IMG/VR virus record: IMGVR_UViG_3300045806_000063
Span: 32,001 to 96,000 of that record
DNA: 64,000 nt
Origin: a virus
Strand: one strand, 5' to 3'
In this document: positions 1 through 8,830 of the stretch, piece by piece
Layout: the number at the start of each line of letters is the position of its first letter
Position numbering within the stretch: position 1 is the first letter of the stretch
The notes under the pieces: generated by a model
Database searches by the model: none
Told to the model about the DNA's origin: nothing
The model's input: only the letters and a program-made list of their open reading frames with translations
Translations under genes and position numbers: made by a program

Positions 1-1068
1 ATGTTAACTTCTAAAATATCAAAAGACAATAAAGGTATAAAGAGAGAGTATAAAGGTTTGCAGGTAACGACTACTTTTATTAATTACTCTAAGTACCATT
101 TGGTGATATGTTTTAGGGATGGATGTTATTCAGTTTTATCGCCATCCGATAAAGACCCTTATCAGGATATTTTAATGGTAGGGCACCAAAAATCAAATCT
201 TAAAGATGGTATTTTAACCGTAGATGGAGTTGAAGATGAAAGACTTATGCACATTAAAGAAAAGCTAAAAGTTAATCATCGGCATGTTGAATGGGAGGAG
301 TCAATAGATATCAGTTCGTTAGCGGATACAAGGGGGGGAAAGTATATTTATGATTTAGATATCTACATTGGTATTGTGGATAATTTAGATTTTGAACATT
401 TTCATCCGTTTTCCTTTCAGCATATAACGAACAGAGAATTGAATCCTGGGGTAGAATTTGACCCAAAGACACAAATAAGCTTTACTATAAAAATTGTAGA
501 TAATGAGTTACCTGGTGTAGATTACTATACAGTAATTAATGATGACATAGTGCATTTAAAAAGCGAACTATCATCGTTTCGCAATAGTGGTTTATACGTT
601 ATTGGGGTACCAGAGTTAGATACTGTTAAAACAAATAAAATGAGGAAGACAGATAAATACAGTATACCGCAAGCTTTAGAAGGTGTAAGTAAGTTTAAGT
701 TATTCAAATCAATTGCCGATGCTACTATTTACCTTAATGAAAGAGGTACTTTAGCCTCGGTTAGTAAGCTTGAACTATCAAGGCAGGAGACAAAGAACCT
801 TGAGATGAAGAAAGCATTGGAACAGTTACAGCATGAGAATGCTTTAATAAATGCAAACAGGTCTAAGACCGAGAATGAACTCAAGTCATATCAGGAGGAA
901 TATGAGAGAGACTTACAAAATAGGAAGCAGGACTTTGAATTACGAATACAGAAACTAAAAGAGGAAGCAGCTATTGAAACTCAAGTAAATAAGTCTAATG
1001 TTGAGACACTAAAAGTAATAGGAGGAGGTTTAGCTTTGGGCGTATTACTCTTGAAAATATTTTTATAA
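1..1068 (+). CDS. Hypothetical jumbo-phage protein with C-terminal coiled coil and terminal hydrophobic anchor (may be 5'-truncated by the window edge)
   Basis: 355-aa ORF; E/K/Q-rich helical region, then VIGGGLALGVLLLKIFL; lies directly upstream of the nvRNAP subunit, as in phiKZ-like gene order. Confidence 0.7.
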   Translation: MLTSKISKDNKGIKREYKGLQVTTTFINYSKYHLVICFRDGCYSVLSPSDKDPYQDILMVGHQKSNLKDGILTVDGVEDERLMHIKEKLKVNHRHVEWEESIDISSLADTRGGKYIYDLDIYIGIVDNLDFEHFHPFSFQHITNRELNPGVEFDPKTQISFTIKIVDNELPGVDYYTVINDDIVHLKSELSSFRNSGLYVIGVPELDTVKTNKMRKTDKYSIPQALEGVSKFKLFKSIADATIYLNERGTLASVSKLELSRQETKNLEMKKALEQLQHENALINANRSKTENELKSYQEEYERDLQNRKQDFELRIQKLKEEAAIETQVNKSNVETLKVIGGGLALGVLLLKIFL

Positions 1069-1120
1069 TATACAGCCACTATTAATGATGTGATATAACC
1101 TATGTCAGTTTGGAGGCTAG

Positions 1121-2737
1121 ATGTCAAAAGTAGATTTAAACATGCAAAAATGGCTTAATGCCAGAACCCCAAAATTAAATAGAGGTATAGTGGAAGGGTT
1201 ATCACATTTACACTCCCCTAATATCGAAAAATTAATTGAGAGATTATGGGTATGTTCTAGTAAAGGATATCCTCCAGGAATCACGTATGAGGGAGGAAGG
1301 AGATGTACGGCTAAGGAAAGCTTTCTTGAAGTAACAAAATCAAATGCCCCGAATAGAGCATTCGAAATGTCGACATCTGACATGTATTTAATGCGGTATG
1401 ATTTCGCATTTCATGGAGTCCCTCTTAGTCCTAGACATATATTCCTGCCATTCATTAGACCAGGTGGTCTTTTCACTGTCAGAGATACTCAGTATATGGT
1501 AACTCCTGTGATTTCAGGCAGGATCTTTAATATTGAACATGGGGAGATTTATTTACCATCTACTCGATTAAGGATGGGGTTCTGGCAAAAGGAGGTATCG
1601 TGTATTCTTAATGATAGAGAGATCAATAGATCCTCTGTTGGTGGGTATTTGTACTATATACATCCTGATACAAAACGGTCTAAACTAAACCCCTTACTGG
1701 TTCATTATCTTTTAGCTAAGTTCGGTATCGTAGATACTCTTAAGTTTTATGGAGTAAATGCGAAATTAGGCTATCAGGAATTGGATGAATTAGATAAGTC
1801 TGAGTGGTTCGTGTTTAGAAGTAAACAGATGGCAATAAAAAATAGATCAGCTAAGGAGTATCCTCCTACTGAGCTTAGGATTGCTATTTCTAAAGACAGT
1901 TATTATGTCTTGATCTGTGATATCATTGCTAGTATTTTCTATATACTGGATAATGTACTTTGTAATACCTCGGACATTGCTGAATTAGTAAATCCTAATT
2001 ACTGGTTACGGCTACTATACTTCTTCATATTCAAAGAGACTTGTAGTGAAAATAAAATGGTCGAGAAAATGACTAAACATATGGAGTCAATGGAATCGAC
2101 CATTGATGAAATTACAATTGATGGCTTCAAAAGAGCTAATCTAAATTGTACAACAGTGTTTGAGTTATTTAGATTCTTAACAATTAATTTCAATGACCTA
2201 TGCATCCATTACGACTATGGGACTATGTATGATCTTGAGATTAGAACTATTGAACCATTGACTTTCGGTATACGGAAAGACATTACAAATGCGATGTATC
2301 GCTTGCAGAAAATTCCACCTAATAATTTAACTGCAGCTAAAATTAATTTTGTATTATCCCATTCTATTGACCGAGATACAATCCTGTCAGTTAAAGGACA
2401 TGGAGAGCTAGAACCAAGCAGCATTGCATCCACCTGTATGCTCTATGGACCAACTGCTGACATAATAACCTACAGTAAAGCCACTTCATCTGGAGGGGAT
2501 TCACTTACTGATTTAAATGATCCTAACCTATTAATGCATTATAGTCTACTAGAGGTAAGCAGTTATAATGCCTGCACTGGTAAGGAGTTGTCTGGGAGAG
2601 GACTATTAAATCCTCATCAGTCATTTGTACATGGTAATGTTACCAGTCCATCTAAGAAACATGCAGAAAAGTTAGCATTGTTAAATGATCAATTAACTCA
2701 ACACAAAAGAAAACATGAGGCAAAAGAATGCTTATAG
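1121..2737 (+). CDS. Non-virion RNA polymerase beta subunit, N-terminal part (phiKZ gp123-like)
   Basis: 538 aa; RBS GGAGG; P-K-L-N-x-x-I-x-x-G start and IFLPFIRPGGLFTVRDTQY segment match my recollection of the gp123 family in size and pattern. Confidence 0.82.
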   Translation: MSKVDLNMQKWLNARTPKLNRGIVEGLSHLHSPNIEKLIERLWVCSSKGYPPGITYEGGRRCTAKESFLEVTKSNAPNRAFEMSTSDMYLMRYDFAFHGVPLSPRHIFLPFIRPGGLFTVRDTQYMVTPVISGRIFNIEHGEIYLPSTRLRMGFWQKEVSCILNDREINRSSVGGYLYYIHPDTKRSKLNPLLVHYLLAKFGIVDTLKFYGVNAKLGYQELDELDKSEWFVFRSKQMAIKNRSAKEYPPTELRIAISKDSYYVLICDIIASIFYILDNVLCNTSDIAELVNPNYWLRLLYFFIFKETCSENKMVEKMTKHMESMESTIDEITIDGFKRANLNCTTVFELFRFLTINFNDLCIHYDYGTMYDLEIRTIEPLTFGIRKDITNAMYRLQKIPPNNLTAAKINFVLSHSIDRDTILSVKGHGELEPSSIASTCMLYGPTADIITYSKATSSGGDSLTDLNDPNLLMHYSLLEVSSYNACTGKELSGRGLLNPHQSFVHGNVTSPSKKHAEKLALLNDQLTQHKRKHEAKECL

Positions 2738-4149
2738 GAGACACTCGTGGTAGAGGTAGTATGAGAGGTACTGTTGAACAAGAAACAGACATTGAACAAG
2801 AGATTTTTGATAATGTCTGCGAAGACTTTAAAGTATCTTCAATGGAGAGAAGACAATTTCAATTACTAGCAGATAAGGAGTATCAAAAACTATTCGATTT
2901 AATATCTCCGTATATTAATGAGAGTAAATGGATAGATCTTGTTAGGATTATAATGCTCAATCTATTAGGGGAAACAATACCGGCCCTTTATGATAAAGAA
3001 TCTAATGACTATGAGCCAGACATCTATACAGCAATGGCAGATCTTGAGAAACTTGTCGATAAGATATCCAACCCAGAACCAGCCAGAAGAGATCTTCGCC
3101 CATCCAACACAGATAGAGGAAGATCATCTCCGTCTACTTTTAGAGGCGGTAGCAGAAATTCGGGCAGAAGAACACAGTCTGCATCAATTAACAATACCCG
3201 GAGAAATAACGACATGTTTGACCCAGACGACCATAGAACACAAGGAGAAACAATTCGGCAGAATACTCCTCCGTTCAAAGCAGGAAAGAATGTAACTGAA
3301 GTAGTAGTTGAAAAACTGATACCAGTAACAGTGCCTGGAATGGTGGATCGTACTGCTGCATTTGATCCTACCATCAGAACTGGGTTAAATGGTGGTGAAT
3401 CCATTGAGTGTTATCAACTGTGTGATATTGGAAGTAACTTTGGCGATTATCCAGTTCTGTATAAGCATTGGGTGGAAGAAAGAATGGCCTATGGTCTTCT
3501 TTCGGTAGATGAGCCAAGTGTGACAGCTATTGAGAACATTTTTAATGAACTTGGAGAAGTAGCTACGATTGATAGACTAGTAGCTTTAATAAAGGAATTA
3601 CAAAGTCATGGAAAGTTGGAGACGGTTTATTGGTTATCCAACCGAATATCTGCACTAGTGTTAGATTATCTTGACACTAAATTTGAAATGCGTGATCAAG
3701 AGTCGTTTCCTCTACTCACTCGTCCAGACGACTGTATAGAGTACTTAAAGGATGCAAATATTCTGGACCAGGTTTCAAAGCTAGTTACTGTGTTTATAAA
3801 TAAGTTATTCTCGAACTGGTATTTCTTCAGATGCGAAACACATGAAGAAGACACAGTTAGTGCTGAGGATAAACTGTCGATTGACACAGTGGTGGTGTTA
3901 AGATATACGGTACCGATTCTAATTCTGCCGTATATCACAAGCTATCAAAGAATATCGAAGACGTTCAAGATACTAACCTCATCAGTAGAGGAAAATGTAG
4001 CAAATTTCTTAGTTCAGAAAGCTTTTGTTAAGATACCCCCTACTGAACATGAGTTATACATTTGTGATAAATCCTATAACCTGTACAAGACTACACGGTG
4101 GATTGATGAGAAGGTCGAAAATATGGAACATGCTATTGTAAAAGCTTAA
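2728..4149 (+). CDS. Conserved hypothetical jumbo-phage protein with central R/S-rich disordered linker
   Basis: 473-aa ORF overlapping the upstream stop; followed by a hairpin. Confidence 0.75.
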   Translation: MLIGDTRGRGSMRGTVEQETDIEQEIFDNVCEDFKVSSMERRQFQLLADKEYQKLFDLISPYINESKWIDLVRIIMLNLLGETIPALYDKESNDYEPDIYTAMADLEKLVDKISNPEPARRDLRPSNTDRGRSSPSTFRGGSRNSGRRTQSASINNTRRNNDMFDPDDHRTQGETIRQNTPPFKAGKNVTEVVVEKLIPVTVPGMVDRTAAFDPTIRTGLNGGESIECYQLCDIGSNFGDYPVLYKHWVEERMAYGLLSVDEPSVTAIENIFNELGEVATIDRLVALIKELQSHGKLETVYWLSNRISALVLDYLDTKFEMRDQESFPLLTRPDDCIEYLKDANILDQVSKLVTVFINKLFSNWYFFRCETHEEDTVSAEDKLSIDTVVVLRYTVPILILPYITSYQRISKTFKILTSSVEENVANFLVQKAFVKIPPTEHELYICDKSYNLYKTTRWIDEKVENMEHAIVKA

Positions 4150-4170
4150 GGAGGTAGCTTAGTTAAGGTA

Positions 4171-4205
4171 AGTGATGGATTCGGCATAGTGCCGAATCCA
4201 TCACT
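4171..4205. terminator. Hairpin, 16-bp arms, 3-nt loop
   Basis: agtgatggattcggca-tag-tgccgaatccatcact. Confidence 0.75.
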
Positions 4206-4227
4206 ATTACCGTTATTCAAATAATTT

Positions 4228-4289
4228 TCATTTATATATCATCTAGATGAGATTACTAAATAGTTTTCTTAAGTAGTCATTCTTTTAAT
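4228..4289 (+). promoter_or_regulatory. Putative early-promoter leader, copy 1 of a ~62-bp repeat
   Basis: 37-bp and 23-bp blocks identical to 62912-62974; contains ATATATCATC at 4234-4243. Confidence 0.75.
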
Positions 4290-4314
4290 GACAAAATTGA
4301 TAGAGGATAGGATT

Positions 4315-4860
4315 ATGAACATAGCTGAATTGAGAGATGTCGTTCGTGCCGTTGCAATTGCAGAGACGCAGGCTGATGCCCCCCTGACCTTATACTCCAA
4401 AAATGGGAGTATGGGAGAAGATGACCAAACGGTAACCGTAGATGTATACGGAAAACCGGGTCCAGAAGGAGAAGACAATCCAGCGATCTTCAGCGGAAAA
4501 CCGGACTGCGTAGGGTATGACGCGCGTAGCAATTACGCGCATACTGAGCCATATATAGTGGCCCCCACAGGAAGTATCCATAACTGGGTACAGGATAACT
4601 ATCCAACAGCATTCTGGTACTTGGTGAATTTCAGTACATGGAAACGTTGGGATAGGAATCCTCAGGAACGATGCACTACAGGTGCTTCATTTCGGGTTCA
4701 AGCCGGTATGGCTTCAATCTTTACACTCATTTCGGTGGAGGAGTTCATAGCTACGAATGGCGACACCACCACAGTCAAAATCACCGCAGGTATTGACTGT
4801 GACTGCAGCATCACAGCTGAGACCGTGTATGCAGATAACAACACTTCTAAGACCGATTAA
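4315..4860 (+). CDS. Hypothetical cassette protein (start moved from 4288 to 4315)
   Basis: RBS GAGGA at 4303-4307 precedes the in-frame ATG at 4315; codons look more GC-rich than neighbouring genes. Confidence 0.75.
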   Translation: MNIAELRDVVRAVAIAETQADAPLTLYSKNGSMGEDDQTVTVDVYGKPGPEGEDNPAIFSGKPDCVGYDARSNYAHTEPYIVAPTGSIHNWVQDNYPTAFWYLVNFSTWKRWDRNPQERCTTGASFRVQAGMASIFTLISVEEFIATNGDTTTVKITAGIDCDCSITAETVYADNNTSKTD

Positions 4861-4874
4861 CATCTAAATAACTC

Positions 4875-4914
4875 TCCAGTACCAGACTACCCATATGGGT
4901 AGTCTGGTACTGGA
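4875..4914. terminator. Perfect 40-bp palindrome between convergent genes
   Basis: tccagtaccagactacccat|atgggtagtctggtactgga. Confidence 0.8.
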
Positions 4915-4922
4915 ATCATCTA

Positions 4923-5198
4923 CTATTCTTTATTATCTTTTTTTGCACTTTCAGTTAATGATTTTGACATCCAAATTAACCGTCTTTGGGTTTTCTTATA
5001 CTTAAGACATCCCATTATGTTCTTATAGGTGGATATGGCTTGTGATATTGTAACCAGTAATCCGATGATCCACTTTATTGCTGTTTCAATATCACAGTAA
5101 TAGTGGGTATCTTTCAGTGTCGAGTATATGGTTTTGATATAGACAATAACATTACCTATAGCTCCATTTATGATGAGTTCATTAACTGGCGGCTCCAT
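4923..5198 (-). CDS. Small hypothetical protein, possible membrane segment
   Basis: 91 aa; RBS GGAG; hydrophobic KWIIGLLVTISQAI. Confidence 0.55.
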   Translation of the reverse strand: MEPPVNELIINGAIGNVIVYIKTIYSTLKDTHYYCDIETAIKWIIGLLVTISQAISTYKNIMGCLKYKKTQRRLIWMSKSLTESAKKDNKE

Positions 5199-5207
5199 TG
5201 GAATCTC

Positions 5208-5759
5208 CTATTGGATTGCATTTAGCATATCACAGATACAAAGTCCCACCGCGATAGCATCTACGCTATCTGGACCTAAGTCATTTAAATTGATCGAATC
5301 ATAATATAAAGATCTTTTTTTAATGGCCTCCAACATTAATGATTTATCGCCAGAGTTTCCTTTTACTTTTAAATTTGATTTAACTATTGCAGCTGGTATC
5401 TTTTCAAAATAGATACCCGGGTTAATAGTTAAAGCACAGTTTTGTATAATTCCCACTATGGCCATTAATGGCCCATATGCAGCAGGGAATTTAGGATTCC
5501 AGTAAGGGATTTCAGACCCTACTACAAGAGGGGTGTACTCCTCGAATAGTTCAGTTATTTTTTTGCAGATAAACGCATGTTTAGCAGCAGTAGAGCCATT
5601 GTTATTCAGTAAGTATGCGAAAGGTTTCAGTTCCTTACTTAGTTCATACGTGGCAGCGTATAGAAGGCTAATCTCACCTAAGTGATTAAGGTTGAGAATA
5701 GCCATACCGCACTTGGTTGTGCCAGGGTCTATCGCTAATATGTTAATAGACTCTATCAC
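5208..5759 (-). CDS. ruvC: RuvC-like Holliday junction resolvase
   Basis: ILAIDPG (catalytic D), SEIP (E), VK...K, DSVDAIAVG (D-x-x-D). Confidence 0.9.
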   Translation of the reverse strand: MIESINILAIDPGTTKCGMAILNLNHLGEISLLYAATYELSKELKPFAYLLNNNGSTAAKHAFICKKITELFEEYTPLVVGSEIPYWNPKFPAAYGPLMAIVGIIQNCALTINPGIYFEKIPAAIVKSNLKVKGNSGDKSLMLEAIKKRSLYYDSINLNDLGPDSVDAIAVGLCICDMLNAIQ

Positions 5760-6620
5760 TTAACTGTTGCTAGTAAATAGTGGTTGAGTGGAACCAATTG
5801 ACATGTTAATGTCAAATGCTAAACTTGGATTAGCATTTAAGTTTTGGTTTAAGGTTAAGAAGTTAACAATCTGTGCACACTGTATTTCAGTGTAAGTGAC
5901 TGTCGATCCACCATAAACATATGAAGAAGTAACATCAAAGCCTGACACAATTGCAGCTTCATTAATTACAGCAGTATTGGCATCACCATATAACAAGGTA
6001 CACGCATTAATAATACCGGTAACATCAGCCTGTGTAATAGCAATTGATGTTGGTATGGTTGTACTGATATGATGACCACTAGCTATATTGGTTCTAACTG
6101 AACTAGCAGTGATCATGTTAGGTGTTTGATTAGCCGAAGAAGGAGTAAATGTAGCCTGATTCGTAATAGCATTTGATGCCACTGTAAAGGTAGTAAACTC
6201 TACTGACATAGGCGCCCAAGTGATTACCTTTAAGTAATAGCATACAGAAGGAACTCCACCGATAGTAGCTGGTATTCTCAGCCTATAATTAGCCTGCTCT
6301 GCTAATGAAAGATCAGCATTAGCAGGTACTACCAGCCATGGTATTTGAGATGCTAAAGCAGCATCATCACAGGTATGAACCAGCTGAGCTGTAAAGGATG
6401 ATCCAAACACAGATTGCTGTCCACCATTACCTATTGCTAAGTAACCTAATGTCGGATATAGAGTAGCAGGTACAGCAGGATTTGGGGTAGGTGGAGAAGC
6501 ATATGGTATTCCCCATTTCTCATTTAAGGTAGTACCGCTATCAGCAGTAAAAGTCAGATTGAAGTTTTTTAACAAAGCTAATTTCTGACCATAGATCGTA
6601 GGGAAAGATGAAGTTATCAT
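5760..6620 (-). CDS. Virion structural/baseplate protein (phiKZ gp127-like)
   Basis: TLNEK, YLAIGNGG, HTCDDAAL, YRLR, YYLK motifs typical of this family; synteny. Confidence 0.7.
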   Translation of the reverse strand: MITSSFPTIYGQKLALLKNFNLTFTADSGTTLNEKWGIPYASPPTPNPAVPATLYPTLGYLAIGNGGQQSVFGSSFTAQLVHTCDDAALASQIPWLVVPANADLSLAEQANYRLRIPATIGGVPSVCYYLKVITWAPMSVEFTTFTVASNAITNQATFTPSSANQTPNMITASSVRTNIASGHHISTTIPTSIAITQADVTGIINACTLLYGDANTAVINEAAIVSGFDVTSSYVYGGSTVTYTEIQCAQIVNFLTLNQNLNANPSLAFDINMSIGSTQPLFTSNS

Positions 6621-6629
6621 TATAGAACC

Positions 6630-8813
6630 TTATATTGTAGCATTAAAGAATGTATCAGTGTTAGTCATTGGGTAAGTGCCAGTAGCAGATACACCACACT
6701 GAAAGAAAAATGAAGTATTAATGAATTCAAATGACGATGCAAGAATTGACTCCTCTCCATCAATACCTATATCGATAGAAGGATTATCAACTGTAGCTGA
6801 ACTGCTAATGACTGAAATAGGTATTTCTGATTCTAATAAGTAATCCAAAAATATATCCATTCCAGCATAAGAGATGGTAGATAATTGAGGATCCATCGGA
6901 ATGTTATAATTGGTAGAAGGACCTGCTATGAAGGTCACTGTGTAACTACAGATCTGAGTCAAGATATCCAGCATATTCGAATAAGGAGACTGGAGTGTAG
7001 AAGTCTCTAATTGAATGCCCATAAAGTTATTAGCTATCTGGGTTATGATTTCATTAAATGTATGAGCAGTCCAAGATTCTGGAGATAACCCTAACCTTAC
7101 GAAAAAATCATTATAGTTAGCATCTGACACACAAGCGTTAGTCTGACCACTATAAAAGGCTTGAACCAAAGATGTTAATTCTGACCTACCATGCATGTCT
7201 GATTCATTATTGATTACCATCAGATGTGTTATTTTATTACCAACGACATTACCGATATGACTGGTAAAATCAGATAGTGATAAAATATTTTGAGGCAGGG
7301 TTTGATTACTGCTAATAACTGAATAAGGGTTACTGGTGTCATTTCTAAGAAAAGAGCTTTCTAACTTACTGGTAAGCTGAGATTGAGAATAAAGCGGTGA
7401 CAGCATTATATCAGTAGTAGTGACACTAGGTATAGGTATACCTGTTAAATGCTCACTAAACGATGCTACGTTCGCAGAATCATACACCCATGTCCCTTGT
7501 AACACAGCTGAAGCATAAATATAAAGAGCAGCTGCATCTGAAGCAGTAATTATGAAGTTATTTGAGTTAACATCTGCTAGGTCTAAAGCTATCTTGTATT
7601 TTATAAATCCATTAGTAGCTAGATAAAACCACTGATTTATTTGTTCCATAGTTTGATCAATCAAGTCCACCAAGATATTATTTACTACATCCCCTAAAAT
7701 TACACCGGTGATAATATCATTAGGTTGAGATGTTTCAATCCCGGCTATTAGCGACTCGATATCTATATTGGTATTAGATGAATTCCTTAGACCTGAAGGA
7801 GTTAATAAGTTAACAAATTCTGCAGGAGTTAATTGAGTTGCTAACTCTAGATCAATAATACTTTCCCCATATGGGTATTGGATAATTTTTATATCAGGAG
7901 TAAGACCCTCTAAGGTTCCAGCATTAAGCTTAGTTAAAGCACTTCCCATGCTTTTCTGAACTGAGAAGGAGTATAGCTGTAAATTAAAAGGTAAGCAAAA
8001 CTTTTCATTCAGCAGATTAAGTACTAAACTAGTACCAGAATTTGCAATCATATAGTCAATATTACGATACAGGAATAATGCCTGATCGTAACTGATTATG
8101 TTTTTATGCTTTGCTAAATCAAAATAACCACTTAGGTAACTCCAGACATGCCATTGATGCACGTATATGGTATGACAGTTCTCTAATCTGATATTCACTA
8201 CCTCCATTACCAGAGCTAATGTGGTAAGCCCTTTAAGTACTGCAGGATAGTACACGTCTGTAACAGCATAGTTGCCATTATCATATCTGGAGACGAAGTT
8301 ATTTAAAAACTGTTGTAACTTTGGAATAAGGTTTACTTCGTTGGGGTCGATATAATTCTTATTGTAAAAAAGAATCTGACAATCCCCAGCGGCAATAGCA
8401 GTCACTGTATCCACAGGGTTAATGACTCCATAGAGTAGAGTCCTCTGTGTTGGGTACTGCGCTAGTAGGTCAGTGAAACTAGTGCCTAATGTTTGGAAGT
8501 CTGCTAAGGTCATTGGGTTAGCTGCAAGACTGGTAACTGTAAACGGTATCAGCTGTCCAGTATCCAATGAATAAACGCTGATATTAGTTGGGTCACTGTT
8601 CTCTGGCTTTGACCCAATATAGGGTTGTCCAGATAAGTTCAGATAATATTTCCATAGACTAGGGTCCTGACTAATGACCTCACCAGACCTGTACAGATAG
8701 GTATTCATCGCCGAAGCAGTGTATAAGGAGCTTATTACGAAGCTGTTTACAAAACTCAGGATATCGATAATGTAAGACTTATACGCATTCGATAACATAT
8801 TTTTTTCCATCAA
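6630..8813 (-). CDS. Virion structural/baseplate wedge protein (phiKZ gp128-like)
   Basis: 727 aa; WKYYLNLSG motif; divergent from the portal gene, as in phiKZ-like phages. Confidence 0.7.
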   Translation of the reverse strand: MMEKNMLSNAYKSYIIDILSFVNSFVISSLYTASAMNTYLYRSGEVISQDPSLWKYYLNLSGQPYIGSKPENSDPTNISVYSLDTGQLIPFTVTSLAANPMTLADFQTLGTSFTDLLAQYPTQRTLLYGVINPVDTVTAIAAGDCQILFYNKNYIDPNEVNLIPKLQQFLNNFVSRYDNGNYAVTDVYYPAVLKGLTTLALVMEVVNIRLENCHTIYVHQWHVWSYLSGYFDLAKHKNIISYDQALFLYRNIDYMIANSGTSLVLNLLNEKFCLPFNLQLYSFSVQKSMGSALTKLNAGTLEGLTPDIKIIQYPYGESIIDLELATQLTPAEFVNLLTPSGLRNSSNTNIDIESLIAGIETSQPNDIITGVILGDVVNNILVDLIDQTMEQINQWFYLATNGFIKYKIALDLADVNSNNFIITASDAAALYIYASAVLQGTWVYDSANVASFSEHLTGIPIPSVTTTDIMLSPLYSQSQLTSKLESSFLRNDTSNPYSVISSNQTLPQNILSLSDFTSHIGNVVGNKITHLMVINNESDMHGRSELTSLVQAFYSGQTNACVSDANYNDFFVRLGLSPESWTAHTFNEIITQIANNFMGIQLETSTLQSPYSNMLDILTQICSYTVTFIAGPSTNYNIPMDPQLSTISYAGMDIFLDYLLESEIPISVISSSATVDNPSIDIGIDGEESILASSFEFINTSFFFQCGVSATGTYPMTNTDTFFNATI

Positions 8814-8830
8814 TTAAATTAGAGGGTTAC

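Noticed and set aside
5757-5762. ruvC GTG directly follows the upstream TAA in frame, suggesting a fusion
   Set aside because: A usable start abuts the stop, so translational coupling explains it; RuvC normally begins a few residues before ILAIDPG
8814-8830. Only 17 bp between the divergent baseplate and portal genes
   Set aside because: I recall this tight head-to-head layout as conserved in phiKZ-like phages, whose late promoters are very short
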